From Eledone cirrhosa (taxonomy: Eukaryota), in NCBI GenBank assembly GCA_964016885.1, contig CAXHJY010000973.1, positions 607,914 through 671,913 of the forward strand: 64,000 nucleotides of DNA, given 5' to 3'. Numbering within the stretch: the first letter of the stretch is position 1; every line of letters begins with the position of its first letter. The notes under the pieces were generated by a model, which saw only the letters and a list, made by a program, of their open reading frames with translations, was not told the origin of the DNA and searched no databases. The translations under genes were made by a program, and so were the position numbers. Shown piece by piece: positions 29,839-42,141 of the stretch.

Positions 29839-31496
29839 CTTAACAGATTGTTAGTGTCCACCTAACCCCTACAAGATGTTACGGTATGGTTAGTAATTGG
29901 TTCTTAACAGATTGTTAGGGTCCACCTAGCCCCTACAAGATGTTACGGTATGGTTAGTAATTGGTTCTTAACAGATTGTTAGGGTTCACCTAACCCCTAC
30001 AAGATGTTACGGTATGGTTAGTAATTGGTTCTTAACAGATTGTTAGTGTCCACCTAACCCCTACAAGATGTTACGGTATGGTTAGTAATTGGTTCTTATC
30101 AGATTGTTAGTGTCCACCTAACCCCTACAAGATGTTACGGTATGGTTAGTAATTGGTTCTTAACAGATTGTTAGTGTCCACCTAACCCCTACAAGATGTT
30201 ACGGTATGGTTAGTAATTGGTTCTTAACAGATTGTTAGGGTCCACCTAACCCCTACAAGATGTTACGGTATGGTTAGTAATTGGTTCTTAACAGATTGTT
30301 AGGGTCCACCTAACCCCTACAAGATGTTATGGTATGGCTAGTAATTGGTTCTTAACAGATTGTTAGGGTTCACCTAACCCCTACAAGATGTTACGGTATG
30401 GTTAGTAATTGGTTCTTATCAGATTGTTAGGGTCCACCTAGCCCCTACAAGATGCTACGGTGTGGTTAGTAATTGGTTCTTATCAGATTGTTAGGGTCCA
30501 CCTAACCCCTACAAGATGCTACGGTATGGTTAGTAATTGGTTCTTAACAGATTGTTAGGGTCCACCTAACCCCTACAAGACGCTGTGGTATGGTTAGTAA
30601 TTGGTTCTTAACAGATTGTTAGTGTCCACCTAACCCCTACAAGATGTTACGGTATGGTTAGTAATTGGTTCTTATCAGATTGTTAGGGTCCACCTAGCCC
30701 CTACAAGATGTTACGGTATGGTTAGTAATTGGTTCTTATCAGATTGTTAAGATCCACCTAACCCCTACAAGATGCTACGGTATGGTTAGTAATTGGTTCT
30801 TAACAGATTGTTAGGGTCCACCTAGCCCCTACAAGATGTTACGGTATGGTTAGTAATTGGTTCTTATCAGATTGTTAGGGTCCACCTAACCCCTACAAGA
30901 CGCTGTGGTATGGTTAGTAATTGGTTCTTATCAGATTGTTAGGGTCCACCTAGCCCCTACAAGATGTTACGGTACGGTGAGTAATTGGTTCTTATCAGAT
31001 TGTTAGGGTCCACCTAACCCCTACAAGATATTACGGTATGGTTAGTAATTGGTTCTTATCAGATTGTTAGGGTCCACCTAACCCCTACAAGATGTTACGG
31101 TATGGTTAGTAATTGGTTCTTAACAGATTGTTAGTGTCCACCTAACCCCTACAAGATGTTACGGTATGGTTAGTAATTGGTTCTTAACAGATTGTTAGGG
31201 TTCACCTAACCCCTACAAGATGTTACGGTATGGTTAGTAACTGGTTCTTATCAGATTGTTAGGGTCCACCTAACCCCTACAAGATGTTATGGTATGGTTA
31301 GTAATTGGTTAACAGATTGTTAGGGTCCACCTAACCCCAACAAGATGCTACGGTATGGTTAGTAATTGGTTCTTAACAGATTGTTAGGGTCCACCTAACC
31401 CCTACAAGATGCTGTGGTATGGTTAGTAATTGGTTCTCATCAGATTGTTAGGGTCCACCTAACCCCAACAAGATGTTACAGTATGGTTAGTAATTG
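29839..31496. repeat. 64-bp tandem repeat, ~26 copies
   Basis: Unit CTTAACAGATTGTTAGGGTCCACCTAACCCCTACAAGATGTTACGGTATGGTTAGTAATTGGTT. TAACAGATTG occurs at 29841, 29905 and onward. Confidence 0.98.
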
Positions 31497-31497
31497 T

Positions 31498-31842
31498 AAG
31501 GCAAAGCTAACCTCGGCAGGATTTGCACTCAGAATGTAAAGGGATGTAACTATATGCCAGAAAGTATGTTGTTCAACACTCTACTGATTCTGCCAATCCA
31601 CTGCCCTAAACATGTAACAGAATAAGGATTTCTGATTTAAGCACAAAGCCAAAAATTTGTGGGGTGGGGAAACTCAATTAAATCAATCCCAGTGTATTAC
31701 TGGTACTTTATTTTATCAACCCTGTATGGATGAAACGCAAAGCTAACCTTGGGGAGATTTGAAATTCGGATGAAAAGGGATGTAACTATGTGCTGCAAAG
31801 CATGTTATCAAACGCTCTACTGTTTCTACCAATCTACCACTC
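31498..31842 (-). mobile_element. Two adjacent degenerate SINE family A copies (31498-31606 and ~31630-31842)
   Basis: Both contain GCAAAGCTAACCTYGG-GATTTG...AAAGGGATGTAACTAT...CTCTACTG.TTCTRCCAATC, the reverse complement of a tRNA-like head. Confidence 0.7.
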
Positions 31843-31859
31843 TCAATCAGAGTAAAGTA

Positions 31860-32125
31860 TGTCTTGAGTCCAGAGACTCATCAGGCCAGTGTGTCGGTTT
31901 CATGGCGTGAAACCAGACAGTACAATACTCCCCCCTGGACAGGACACCAGTCCATTGCAGGGTTAAACCCCCACCTATTGCTGGTACTCATTTTCAGCTG
32001 AGTATGCTGGAGCAACGTGAAATAAAGTGTTTTGCTCAAGGGTACAACATACAACCCAGGAATCGAACACACAACATTATGATCATAAGTCCAACACCCT
32101 TACCACTAGGCCACACAACCCCACT
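31860..32125 (-). mobile_element. CORE-like tRNA SINE (family B tail)
   Basis: B box GTTCGATTCC on the minus strand (GGAATCGAAC ~32059). Central block GGAGCAACGTGAAATAAAGTGTTTTGCTCAAGG is shared with many copies in the window. Confidence 0.8.
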
Positions 32126-32412
32126 TTTCAACCAGTAAAAGAACAAGAAAGGTCAATTCCATTTGACCCAGTTGTACCTGCTAAGTATAAAAACACATGT
32201 AACATGCTGCATGAATTAATATTTCTCCCAAAACAATGATTTAAATCGATACAAAATAAATTCTAAACTAAATTTATTCAAATAGAATTTGAATACAAAT
32301 CTATCACAACAATTGTCAGTCTTGTTTTTTAAGGAGTTTTGTAGGTAAGTTTTAAATTTTAAACAAATGTAAAATTTAAAAGAAAAAAAAAAAAAAAAAA
32401 AAGTATAATATT

Positions 32413-32700
32413 TCTCAGTCCCTTTTCATCACGAAGAAGAAGGGGTAATGTCTGATTTAGCCCCTTTTGGTCACGAAGAAGAAAGGATAGTGGTTAACTT
32501 AGCCCCTTTCAATCATGAAGAAGGGATGACAGGTTTAGGCCCTTTTAGTCATGAAGCAGGGATAATGACAGGTTTAGCTCCTTTTAGTCATGGAAGAGAA
32601 GGGAGAATGAGTGATTTAGCCCCTTTTAGTCATGAAAGAGAAGGGATAATGTCAGATTTAGCCCCTTTTAGCCATGAAGGGATCATGACAGGTTTAGTAT
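32413..32700. repeat. Degenerate ~39-45-bp minisatellite, ~7 copies (TTTAGCCCCTTTTAGTCATGAAG..GGGATAATG)
   Basis: Motif recurs at ~32419, 32456, 32499, 32534, 32573, 32615 and 32657. It produces the repetitive LAPFSHE ORF. Confidence 0.85.
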
Positions 32701-32897
32701 TTTTTTTTTAAATAAAAAAAAATATATATATAAAAATTAGGGATTTCTGATTGCAAACATTAAAAATGGTTAAAACGGCATAAAAAATATAGAGAAAAAG
32801 GCAAGCAAAACAAATTATTATTATGATATATATATATATATAGATATTTATATATATAAATGTATATACATTTATATATATATATATTATTTAAATA

Positions 32898-32959
<62 letters not shown>

Positions 32960-32962
<3 letters not shown>

Positions 32963-33417
32963 GTGCAGAGCACTAGAAGTCGATGGAAACTGCGGAGTGG
33001 GGAGACCCAAGATGACCTGGGATGAGGTGATAAAAGCCGACCTTAGCCAATTACACCTCTCAAAGGCGATGACACACGACCGTGTCCTCTGGCGTCACGC
33101 AGTAATACAGAGTACCCGACCTCCCATGGGTACATGCTGAAGCATATAGACAATATGCCCCCACACCCCCCACTGCAAAAAAGCACCCAGCCCACACTGT
33201 AAAGTGGACGTGTAGGCGCCACGAAAAAGCACCCAGCACTCACTGTAAATGAGGTTGGTGTTAGGAAGGGCATCCAGCTGTAGAAATCAAGCCAAATCAG
33301 TTCCTGTATGAGCAAGGCATGGTCAGCCGACCAGACACTGCTCACAACAGGAAAACCCGTCTAACCCATGCTAGCGTGGAAGAACGGACGTAAAACGGTG
33401 ATGATCATGATGATGAT
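32960..33417 (+). mobile_element. 5'-truncated RTE-clade LINE 3' end (ORF C-terminus, 3' UTR and (TGA)n tail)
   Basis: Translates to [45 protein letters not shown], the GRP..TW...DR..WR C-terminal motif of RTE-type RTs. Homologous to 46416 and 50026, and ends in TGATGATGA. Confidence 0.8.
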
Positions 33418-33431
33418 ATATATATACATAC

Positions 33432-33483
<52 letters not shown>

Positions 33484-33499
33484 TAAATATGATTATATA

Positions 33500-34796
33500 C
33501 GAGGGGGGATCAAAAAGTTCGCAGAATTTTTCAGAAAATATTCTATTTTTCAAAAAATATGATTTACCATCAATTTATTTTTCTACATAATTGCTATTCA
33601 GGTCAATACACTTGACAAGGCGATGCTTCCAGCTTCGTAAGCCGTCTCTAAAGAAAGTTGAAGGCCTTGTTCGAAGCCATGTGTTGGCAGTGTTTTTAGC
33701 TTCTTCAACACCACTAAAACGGTTTCCTTTTAGCATTTCTTTGAGTTTTGGAAAGAGGAAAAAGTCTGATGGGGCTAAATCTGGACTATAAGGCGGGTGA
33801 GGAAGCACTTCCCATCGATATTCTCGGAGAACTTCTTTTGCAACCCACGCAGAATGCGCTGGTGCATTGTCATGATGAAACAAGATCCCACCATGAAGTT
33901 TCCCTTTTCGTTTCTTGACTAATGCCTCTTTCAGCTTCCTTAAAACATTTGCATAGTAAGCTCCTGTCACAGTTCTTTGACCTTCAAGATAATCTATTCG
34001 TATCACACCATCTGAATCCCAGAAAATGGTGGCCATCACTTTTTGATCCGACTTTTGGGATTTGAACTTGATTGGCCTCGATGATCCACGTGGAAGCCAC
34101 TGTTTTGACTGCTGTTTGGATTCAGCATCATACTGGTAGATCCAGGTTTCATCTCCGGTGATGATTCTGGTCAGGAAATGCTCTTCATCAACTTAAATTT
34201 TGTTTAATATTGCCAAAGACAGATCACTTAGAAAAATCAGCTGATCAGGGCGCAACGCTTTTGGGACCCATCGCGCTGAAAGCTTGCTTAGTCCCAAATT
34301 ATCGTGCAGAATTGAATTTGCCGAACCATATGAAATGTCTAGGGACTTAGCTAACTGATTAACTGTTATTCTTCGATCTTCTTCAATTAAAGTCTGAGCA
34401 GCCTCAACGTTTTGGTCATTTGTTGATGTTCCTAGTCTTCCACTGCGATGGTCGTCTTCAGGGTCGTCTCTCCCTTGTTTGAATCGCTGAATCCATTTGT
34501 AGACAGCAGTTTTCTTTGGAGCAGTAGTACTGTAAACTTTAACTAAAGCCTCCATAATCTGTGTCCCTTTCCATTTGAGTTTCACCAGAAACTTGATATT
34601 TGATCTTATCTCAAAATAACTATTTTCCATTGTTCCAAAAAGAGGTGTTTTAAAGAGTGTCACTACTGTACAATAGTCCGCACATAACTGACTGCAAGGT
34701 AAACACCCAGTGTCAATGTTCTGACATGTTTAATATTGTTTTAACCTATTTTTTTCTTACTACGATAAAATTCCGCGAACTTTTTGATCCCCCTCG
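33500..34796 (-). mobile_element. Full-length mariner transposon (1297 bp), irritans/Hsmar2-like terminal inverted repeats
   Basis: Left TIR CGAGGGGGGATCAAAAAGTTCGCAGAATTTT versus right TIR (reverse complement) CGAGGGGGATCAAAAAGTTCGCGGAATTTT. TA flanks at 33498-33499 and 34797-34798. Confidence 0.97.
33575..34630 (-). pseudogene. Mariner DD34D transposase, ~351 codons, single in-frame TAA at 34193-34195
   Basis: The two ORFs share one frame. Reading across the stop gives ARWVPKAL...I*VDEEHFLTRIITGDETW...HHDNAPAH...YSPDLAPSDF, with 34 residues between the 2nd and 3rd catalytic D. Confidence 0.95.
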
Positions 34797-34836
34797 TATA
34801 TATATATATTATTTAAATATGCATATGATGATGATG

Positions 34837-34890
<54 letters not shown>

Positions 34891-34915
34891 TATTTAAATA
34901 TGCATATGATGATGA

Positions 34916-34968
<53 letters not shown>

Positions 34969-34984
34969 CATACATACATACACA

Positions 34985-35099
34985 CAGTGAAATTCCGTTA
35001 TAATGAAATTCACTGGTATAAAAGAAATTCTTTATAACGAAATTGACCGAAACACATCGAGTGTGTGGCCGAGGATTGAAAAAAATTTCCTTATAATGC
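34985..35099 (+). mobile_element. Probable terminus of a pogo/Tigger-like DNA transposon or MITE
   Basis: Begins CAGTGAAATTCCGTTATAATGAAATT with subterminal repeats TTATAAYGAAATT. No matching second end was found. Confidence 0.45.
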
Positions 35100-35295
35100 A
35101 TATATATAAATAAATATATATATATATAAATAAATATATATATATAAATATATATATATATAAATAATATATATAAATAAATATATATATATATATATAT
35201 TTATTTATATATATATATATTTATTTATATATATATTTATATATATAAATATATATTTATAAATATATATATATAAATATATATATATATAAATA

Positions 35296-35327
<32 letters not shown>

Positions 35328-36045
35328 AATAAATATATATATATATAAATAAATATATATAAATATATATATATGAATAAATATATATATATATAAATAA
35401 ATATATATATAAATATATATATATAAATAAATATATATATATATAAATAAATATATATAAATAAATATATATATAAATAAATATATATATAAATAAATAT
35501 ATATATAAATATATATATAAATAAATATATATATAAATAAGTGTGACTGTTGCATACACTGGCTACTCCAAACTTTCCTTTTGCTTTATCTTAGTAGACT
35601 GCCAATGTTTTATTTTAATTTTAACTTTAATTTTGTCCTTTAATATGACTGTAATCTTTGTATGTAAATTACCATGCTATATTATTATAATGGATGCCAA
35701 ACCACTGTGGGTCAATATATACATATGTTTCTATATGTCTCTTGTGTTGAAAAGGAGGTCAAGTATGTTAAAAATCACTGAATAATTGCTCCGAAGACTC
35801 CAAACCTCGGTTTGGAAGAAACAATTGTAAGCAAATAAATGATTTAAACAGAACTTTGTTTCATGTATTCTCGATATAACTGCTCTGTAAAACAACTGAT
35901 ATTGTTACATTGAGCTATTTATCTTACTGGTAATAAGATAGTAATAAATTACTGTCTTTCACTATTTAGGGTATAATATATATATAACTATAAAAGGTTT
36001 TAGTATATACATAACCATAAATAGTATCCTTAATACTATATATAA

Positions 36046-36090
<45 letters not shown>

Positions 36091-36107
36091 TATATATAAA
36101 TAAATAT

Positions 36108-36156
<49 letters not shown>

Positions 36157-36211
36157 AATATATATATATATCTAAATATATATATATATATAAATATATA
36201 TATATATAAAT

Positions 36212-36340
<129 letters not shown>

Positions 36341-36343
36341 AAT

Positions 36344-36394
<51 letters not shown>

Positions 36395-36415
36395 AATAAA
36401 TATATATATAAATAT

Positions 36416-36446
<31 letters not shown>

Positions 36447-36584
36447 AATATATATATATATAAATAAATATATATATAAATAAATATATATATATATAAA
36501 TATATATATATATAAATATATATATATATAAATATATATATATATAAATATATATATATATAAATATATATATATATAAATATA

Positions 36585-36616
<32 letters not shown>

Positions 36617-36664
36617 AATATATATATATATAAATATATATATAAATTTATAAATATATATATA

Positions 36665-36698
<34 letters not shown>

Positions 36699-36717
36699 AA
36701 TATATATATATATAAAT

Positions 36718-36770
<53 letters not shown>

Positions 36771-36771
36771 A

Positions 36772-37089
36772 ATCATCATCATCATCATCATTTCATTTTA
36801 CGTCCACTTTTCCCTGCTTGCAAGGGTGGGACGGGAACTGATGCTGGCTTGATTTCTACAGCTGGATGCCCTTCCTAACACCAACCTCATTTACAGTGAG
36901 TGCTGGGTGCTTTTTTGCCGTGGCGCCTACACGACCACTTTCATCTCATTTCTACAGCTGAGTAAACTGGAGCAACATGAAATAAAGTGCCTTGCTCAAG
37001 GAAACAACACATCACCCGGTCTGAGAATTGAACTCACAACCTTTCGATTGCAAGGCCAATGCTCTAACCACTAAGCCATGTGCCTCCAT
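36772..37089 (-). mobile_element. tRNA/CORE-like SINE with RTE-derived 3' tail (family C), internally deleted copy
   Basis: Minus-strand head GGAGGCACATGGCTTAGTGGTTAGAGCA (A box) and GAGTTCAATTC (B box), then the CORE-like block and a (TGA)n tail. Near-identical to 49303, 51523 and 52856. Confidence 0.92.
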
Positions 37090-37122
37090 AAATATATATA
37101 TAAATTTATAAATATATATATA

Positions 37123-37180
<58 letters not shown>

Positions 37181-37223
37181 AATATATATAAATATATATA
37201 AATATATATATATATAAATAAAT

Positions 37224-37284
<61 letters not shown>

Positions 37285-37285
37285 A

Positions 37286-37372
<87 letters not shown>

Positions 37373-37391
37373 AATTTATATATATATAAAT

Positions 37392-37422
<31 letters not shown>

Positions 37423-37425
37423 AAT

Positions 37426-38434
37426 ATGATATCACTGCTCTACACCAACACCAAAGCCCAAGTCATTACACCTGATGGGATGACAGAGTTCTTTGAGATA
37501 CTGGCTGGAGTGCTCCAGGGAGATACATTGGCTCCCTACCTTTTTATCATCGTAGTGGACTATTGTATGCGCCTTGCACTGGAGAAACACCAGGACTCTG
37601 GCTTTACTGTAGCACCGGCTCAGAGCAGGAGAGTTGGGGCGAAAAAGGTATTGGATGCTGAATTTGCCGACGACATAGTTTTGGTGACAAATACAGTGAA
37701 GGAGGCAGAGGATTTGATGCGGGAGGTTGAGACTGTGTCGATGAGTGTGGGGCTGAGAATGAATGAGACTAAAACAAAATATCTGGTAGAGAATGTTGAG
37801 AAGCCAGAGGGGATCACTAATGTTGGCGGGTAGCCGCTGGAATTGGTTGAGGACTTCCTGTATTTGGGAGCAAAGATTGGGAATACGGAAGATGATGTGG
37901 TTGAGAGGAAGAGCAAGGCCTGGGCGGCGTGTCACAGCTTGAGATCGGTGTGGCAGTCGGACCTTCGTAGAGACCTGAAAATCCGCCTCTTCATTGCTGT
38001 AGTGGAGTCTGTGCTGCTGTATGGGTCTGAGACTTGGACACTGACCAAGAGACTCACTCAGGTGGTGGATGGGTGCTACACGAGAATGCTGAGGATGGCT
38101 CTGAACATTAATCAGTATACACTGAGGATGAAAAACTCAGAGCTGTATGGGAGCATCCCAAAAGTCAGCTCAAAAGTGACACAGAGAAGACTGAGGTTGG
38201 CTGGACATGCTCACCGACATCCAGAGTTGACATTGCACTCAGTGCTCCTTTGGGAGCCCCTACATGGACACACTAGAAGAGGAAGACCAAGGTTAACATA
38301 TGTTGATGCCCTAAGGACAGACACTGGTCTGTTGGAGATGCAGGATATGGCAGCGATAATGAGGGACAGAGACCGCTGGAGAGAACTCGTCCATGGATCT
38401 CGGGAATTTTACCCGCCTTAGATAGATAGATAGA
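37426..38434 (+). mobile_element. 5'-truncated RTE-clade LINE (C-terminal half of reverse transcriptase) with one in-frame stop at 37831-37833 and a (TAGA)n tail
   Basis: Motifs GVLQGDTLAPYLF, EFADD, FLYLG, ESVLLYGSETW, RRLRLAGH, GRP and DRDRWR. ORFs 37426 and 37843 are in frame, and the terminal TAG runs into TAGATAGATAGA. Confidence 0.95.
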
Positions 38435-38446
38435 TATATATATATT

Positions 38447-38477
<31 letters not shown>

Positions 38478-38491
38478 AATATATATATATA

Positions 38492-38523
<32 letters not shown>

Positions 38524-39001
38524 AATATATATATATATAAATATATATATATATAAATATATATATATAAATATATATATATATAAATATATATATATAT
38601 AAATATATATATATATAAATATATATATATATAAATATATATATATATAAATATATATATATATAAATATATATATATATAAATATATATATATAAATAT
38701 ATATATATAAATATAAATATATATATATATAAATATATATATATATAAATATATATATATATAAATATATATATATATAAATATATATATATAAATATAA
38801 ATATATATAAATATAAATATATATATATATAAATATATATATATAAATATATATATATATAAATATATATATATATAAATATATATATATAAATATATAT
38901 ATATAAATATATAAATATATATATATATAAATATATATATATATAAATATATATATATAAATATATATATATAAATATATATATATAAATATATATATAT
39001 A

Positions 39002-39079
<78 letters not shown>

Positions 39080-39367
39080 TATATATATAAATATATATAT
39101 AAATATATATATATAAATATATATATATAAATATATATATATAAACAATTAAGTTAAAGATGTACATCCACATATGTATACTGAAATACTAGTATGCATA
39201 TGAATACACACACGTATACATATGTAGATGTACCGAGTTTTTCACTGGTCACTTTACTGTGAGTGTCCAGCTATTCTGTATGTAAACACACAGACAAACC
39301 GGTTTTTAGAGTCATACTGGTTTTTGAGGAAACACCTTTCCTCTATTCTCCAGAAAGCCAGGCAAGG

Positions 39368-39412
39368 AATATTGAACTAGTTTCGATGTTGTTACATCTC
39401 ATCAGCAATATT
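39368..39412 (-). ncRNA. Type I hammerhead ribozyme (copy 1)
   Basis: Minus strand reads AATATTG-CTGATGA-GATGT(AACA)ACATC-GAAAC-TA-GTT^CAATATT. Confidence 0.9.
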
Positions 39413-39833
39413 TACCTATCTTCCGGCCTCTCTAGAGAATCGTAAAAGCACATATCGTTATATGCTTTTTCTATGAAAATTAGTAGTGGGCAGACTAATT
39501 TGCATAGAGCGTGAGTACGTACCGGTTCAACGGAGACGATAAAAACAAATAACGAAACGAAATTAAATTTCGTTTCATTTGTAACTCACTTTTGTATGAC
39601 TGACGCTTAAACAATTAAGTTAAAGATGTACATCCACATATGTATACTGAAATACTAGTATGCATATGAATACACACACGTATACATATGTAGATGTACC
39701 GAGTTTTTCACTGGTCACTTTACTGTGAGTGTCCAGCTATTCTGTATGTAAACACACAGACAAACCGGTTTTTAGAGTCATACTGGTTTTTGAGGAAACA
39801 CCTTTCCTCTATTCTCCAGAAAGCCAGGCAAGG

Positions 39834-39878
39834 AATATTGAACTAGTTTCGATGTTGTTACATCTCATCAGCAATATT
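39834..39878 (-). ncRNA. Type I hammerhead ribozyme (copy 2)
   Basis: Same motif, +466 bp. Confidence 0.9.
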
Positions 39879-40299
39879 TACCTATCTTCCGGCCTCTCTA
39901 GAGAATCGTAAAAGCACATATCGTTATATGCTTTTTCTATGAAAATTAGTAGTGGGCAGACTAATTTGCATAGAGCGTGAGTACGTACCGGTTCAACGGA
40001 GACGATAAAAACAAATAACGAAACGAAATTAAATTTCGTTTCATTTGTAACTCACTTTTGTATGACTGACGCTTAAACAATTAAGTTAAAGATGTACATC
40101 CACATATGTATACTGAAATACTAGTATGCATATGAATACACACACGTATACATATGTAGATGTACCGAGTTTTTCACTGGTCACTTTACTGTGAGTGTCC
40201 AGCTATTCTGTATGTAAACACACAGACAAACCGGTTTTTAGAGTCATACTGGTTTTTGAGGAAACACCTTTCCTCTATTCTCCAGAAAGCCAGGCAAGG

Positions 40300-40344
40300 A
40301 ATATTGAACTAGTTTCGATGTTGTTACATCTCATCAGCAATATT
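40300..40344 (-). ncRNA. Type I hammerhead ribozyme (copy 3)
   Basis: Same motif, +932 bp. Confidence 0.9.
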
Positions 40345-40765
40345 TACCTATCTTCCGGCCTCTCTAGAGAATCGTAAAAGCACATATCGTTATATGCTTT
40401 TTCTATGAAAATTAGTAGTGGGCAGACTAATTTGCATAGAGCGTGAGTACGTACCGGTTCAACGGAGACGATAAAAACAAATAACGAAACGAAATTAAAT
40501 TTCGTTTCATTTGTAACTCACTTTTGTATGACTGACGCTTAAACAATTAAGTTAAAGATGTACATCCACATATGTATACTGAAATACTAGTATGCATATG
40601 AATACACACACGTATACATATGTAGATGTACCGAGTTTTTCACTGGTCACTTTACTGTGAGTGTCCAGCTATTCTGTATGTAAACACACAGACAAACCGG
40701 TTTTTAGAGTCATACTGGTTTTTGAGGAAACACCTTTCCTCTATTCTCCAGAAAGCCAGGCAAGG

Positions 40766-40810
40766 AATATTGAACTAGTTTCGATGTTGTTACATCTCAT
40801 CAGCAATATT
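40766..40810 (-). ncRNA. Type I hammerhead ribozyme (copy 4)
   Basis: Same motif, +1398 bp. Confidence 0.9.
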
Positions 40811-41231
40811 TACCTATCTTCCGGCCTCTCTAGAGAATCGTAAAAGCACATATCGTTATATGCTTTTTCTATGAAAATTAGTAGTGGGCAGACTAATTTG
40901 CATAGAGCGTGAGTACGTACCGGTTCAACGGAGACGATAAAAACAAATAACGAAACGAAATTAAATTTCGTTTCATTTGTAACTCACTTTTGTATGACTG
41001 ACGCTTAAACAATTAAGTTAAAGATGTACATCCACATATGTATACTGAAATACTAGTATGCATATGAATACACACACGTATACATATGTAGATGTACCGA
41101 GTTTTTCACTGGTCACTTTACTGTGAGTGTCCAGCTATTCTGTATGTAAACACACAGACAAACCGGTTTTTAGAGTCATACTGGTTTTTGAGGAAACACC
41201 TTTCCTCTATTCTCCAGAAAGCCAGGCAAGG

Positions 41232-41276
41232 AATATTGAACTAGTTTCGATGTTGTTACATCTCATCAGCAATATT
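41232..41276 (-). ncRNA. Type I hammerhead ribozyme (copy 5)
   Basis: Same motif, +1864 bp. Confidence 0.9.
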
Positions 41277-42096
41277 TACCTATCTTCCGGCCTCTCTAGA
41301 GAATCGTAAAAGCACATATCGTTATATGCTTTTTCTATGAAAATTAGTAGTGGGCAGACTAATTTGCATAGAGCGTGAGTACGTACCGGTTCAACGGAGA
41401 CGATAAAAACAAATAACGAAACGAAATTAAATTTCGTTTCATTTGTAACTCACTTTTGTATGACTGACGCTTAAACAATTAAGTTAAAGATGTACATCCA
41501 CATATGTATACTGAAATACTAGTATGCATATGAATACACACACGTATACATATGTAGATGTACCGAGTTTTTCACTGGTCACTTTACTGTGAGTGTCCAG
41601 CTATTCTGTATGTAAACACACAGACAAACCGGTTTTTAGAGTCATACTGGTTTTTGAGGAAACTAGTTCAATATTCCTTGCCTGGCTTTCTGGAGAATAG
41701 AGGAAAGGTGTTTCCTCAAAAACCAGTATGACTCTAAAAACCGGTTTGTCTGTGTGTTTACATACAGAATAGCTGGACACTCACAGTAAAGTGACCAGTG
41801 AAAAACTCGGTACATCTACATATGTATACGTGTGTGTATTCATATGCATACTAGTATTTCAGTATACATATGTGGATGTACATCTTTAACTTAATTGTTT
41901 AAGCGTCAGTCATACAAAAGTGAGTTACAAATGAAACGAAATTTAATTTCGTTTCGTTATTTGTTTTTATCGTCTCCGTTGAACCGGTACGTACTCACGC
42001 TCTATGCAAATTAGTCTGCCCACTACTAATTTTCATAGAAAAAGCATATAACGATATGTGCTTTTACGATTCTCTAGAGAGGCCGGAAGATAGGTA

Positions 42097-42141
42097 AATA
42101 TTGCTGATGAGATGTAACAACATCGAAACTAGTTCAATATT
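42097..42141 (+). ncRNA. Type I hammerhead ribozyme (inverted copy), predicted cleavage after 42134
   Basis: Stem I AATATTG(42097-42103)/CAATATT(42135-42141), CTGATGA 42104-42110, stem II GATGT/ACATC, GAAA 42125-42128, palindromic stem III ACTAGT, GUU cleavage triplet. Confidence 0.9.

Noticed and set aside
29839-31496. CRISPR-like appearance of the 64-bp (and 61-bp, 30-bp) arrays
   Set aside because: There are no unique spacers and no cas genes, and the context is eukaryotic TE sequence.
32448-32711. 87-aa ORF with LAPFSHE repeats
   Set aside because: It is a degenerate minisatellite between poly-A and poly-T runs, with no evidence of an exon.
35541-36037. Unique AT-rich island between TA tracts (similarly 52468-52676)
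   Set aside because: No TIRs, coding motif or structure could be recognised, so it was left unannotated.
36990-37089. tRNA-like sequences at SINE heads
   Set aside because: A and B boxes are present but there is no intact cloverleaf, and they are fused to CORE-like bodies. They are SINE heads, not tRNA genes.
39263-39445. 60-aa ORF repeated in each 466-bp unit
   Set aside because: It has a GTG start and no recognisable motif, and it is antisense to the hammerhead. Identity between copies only reflects DNA identity.
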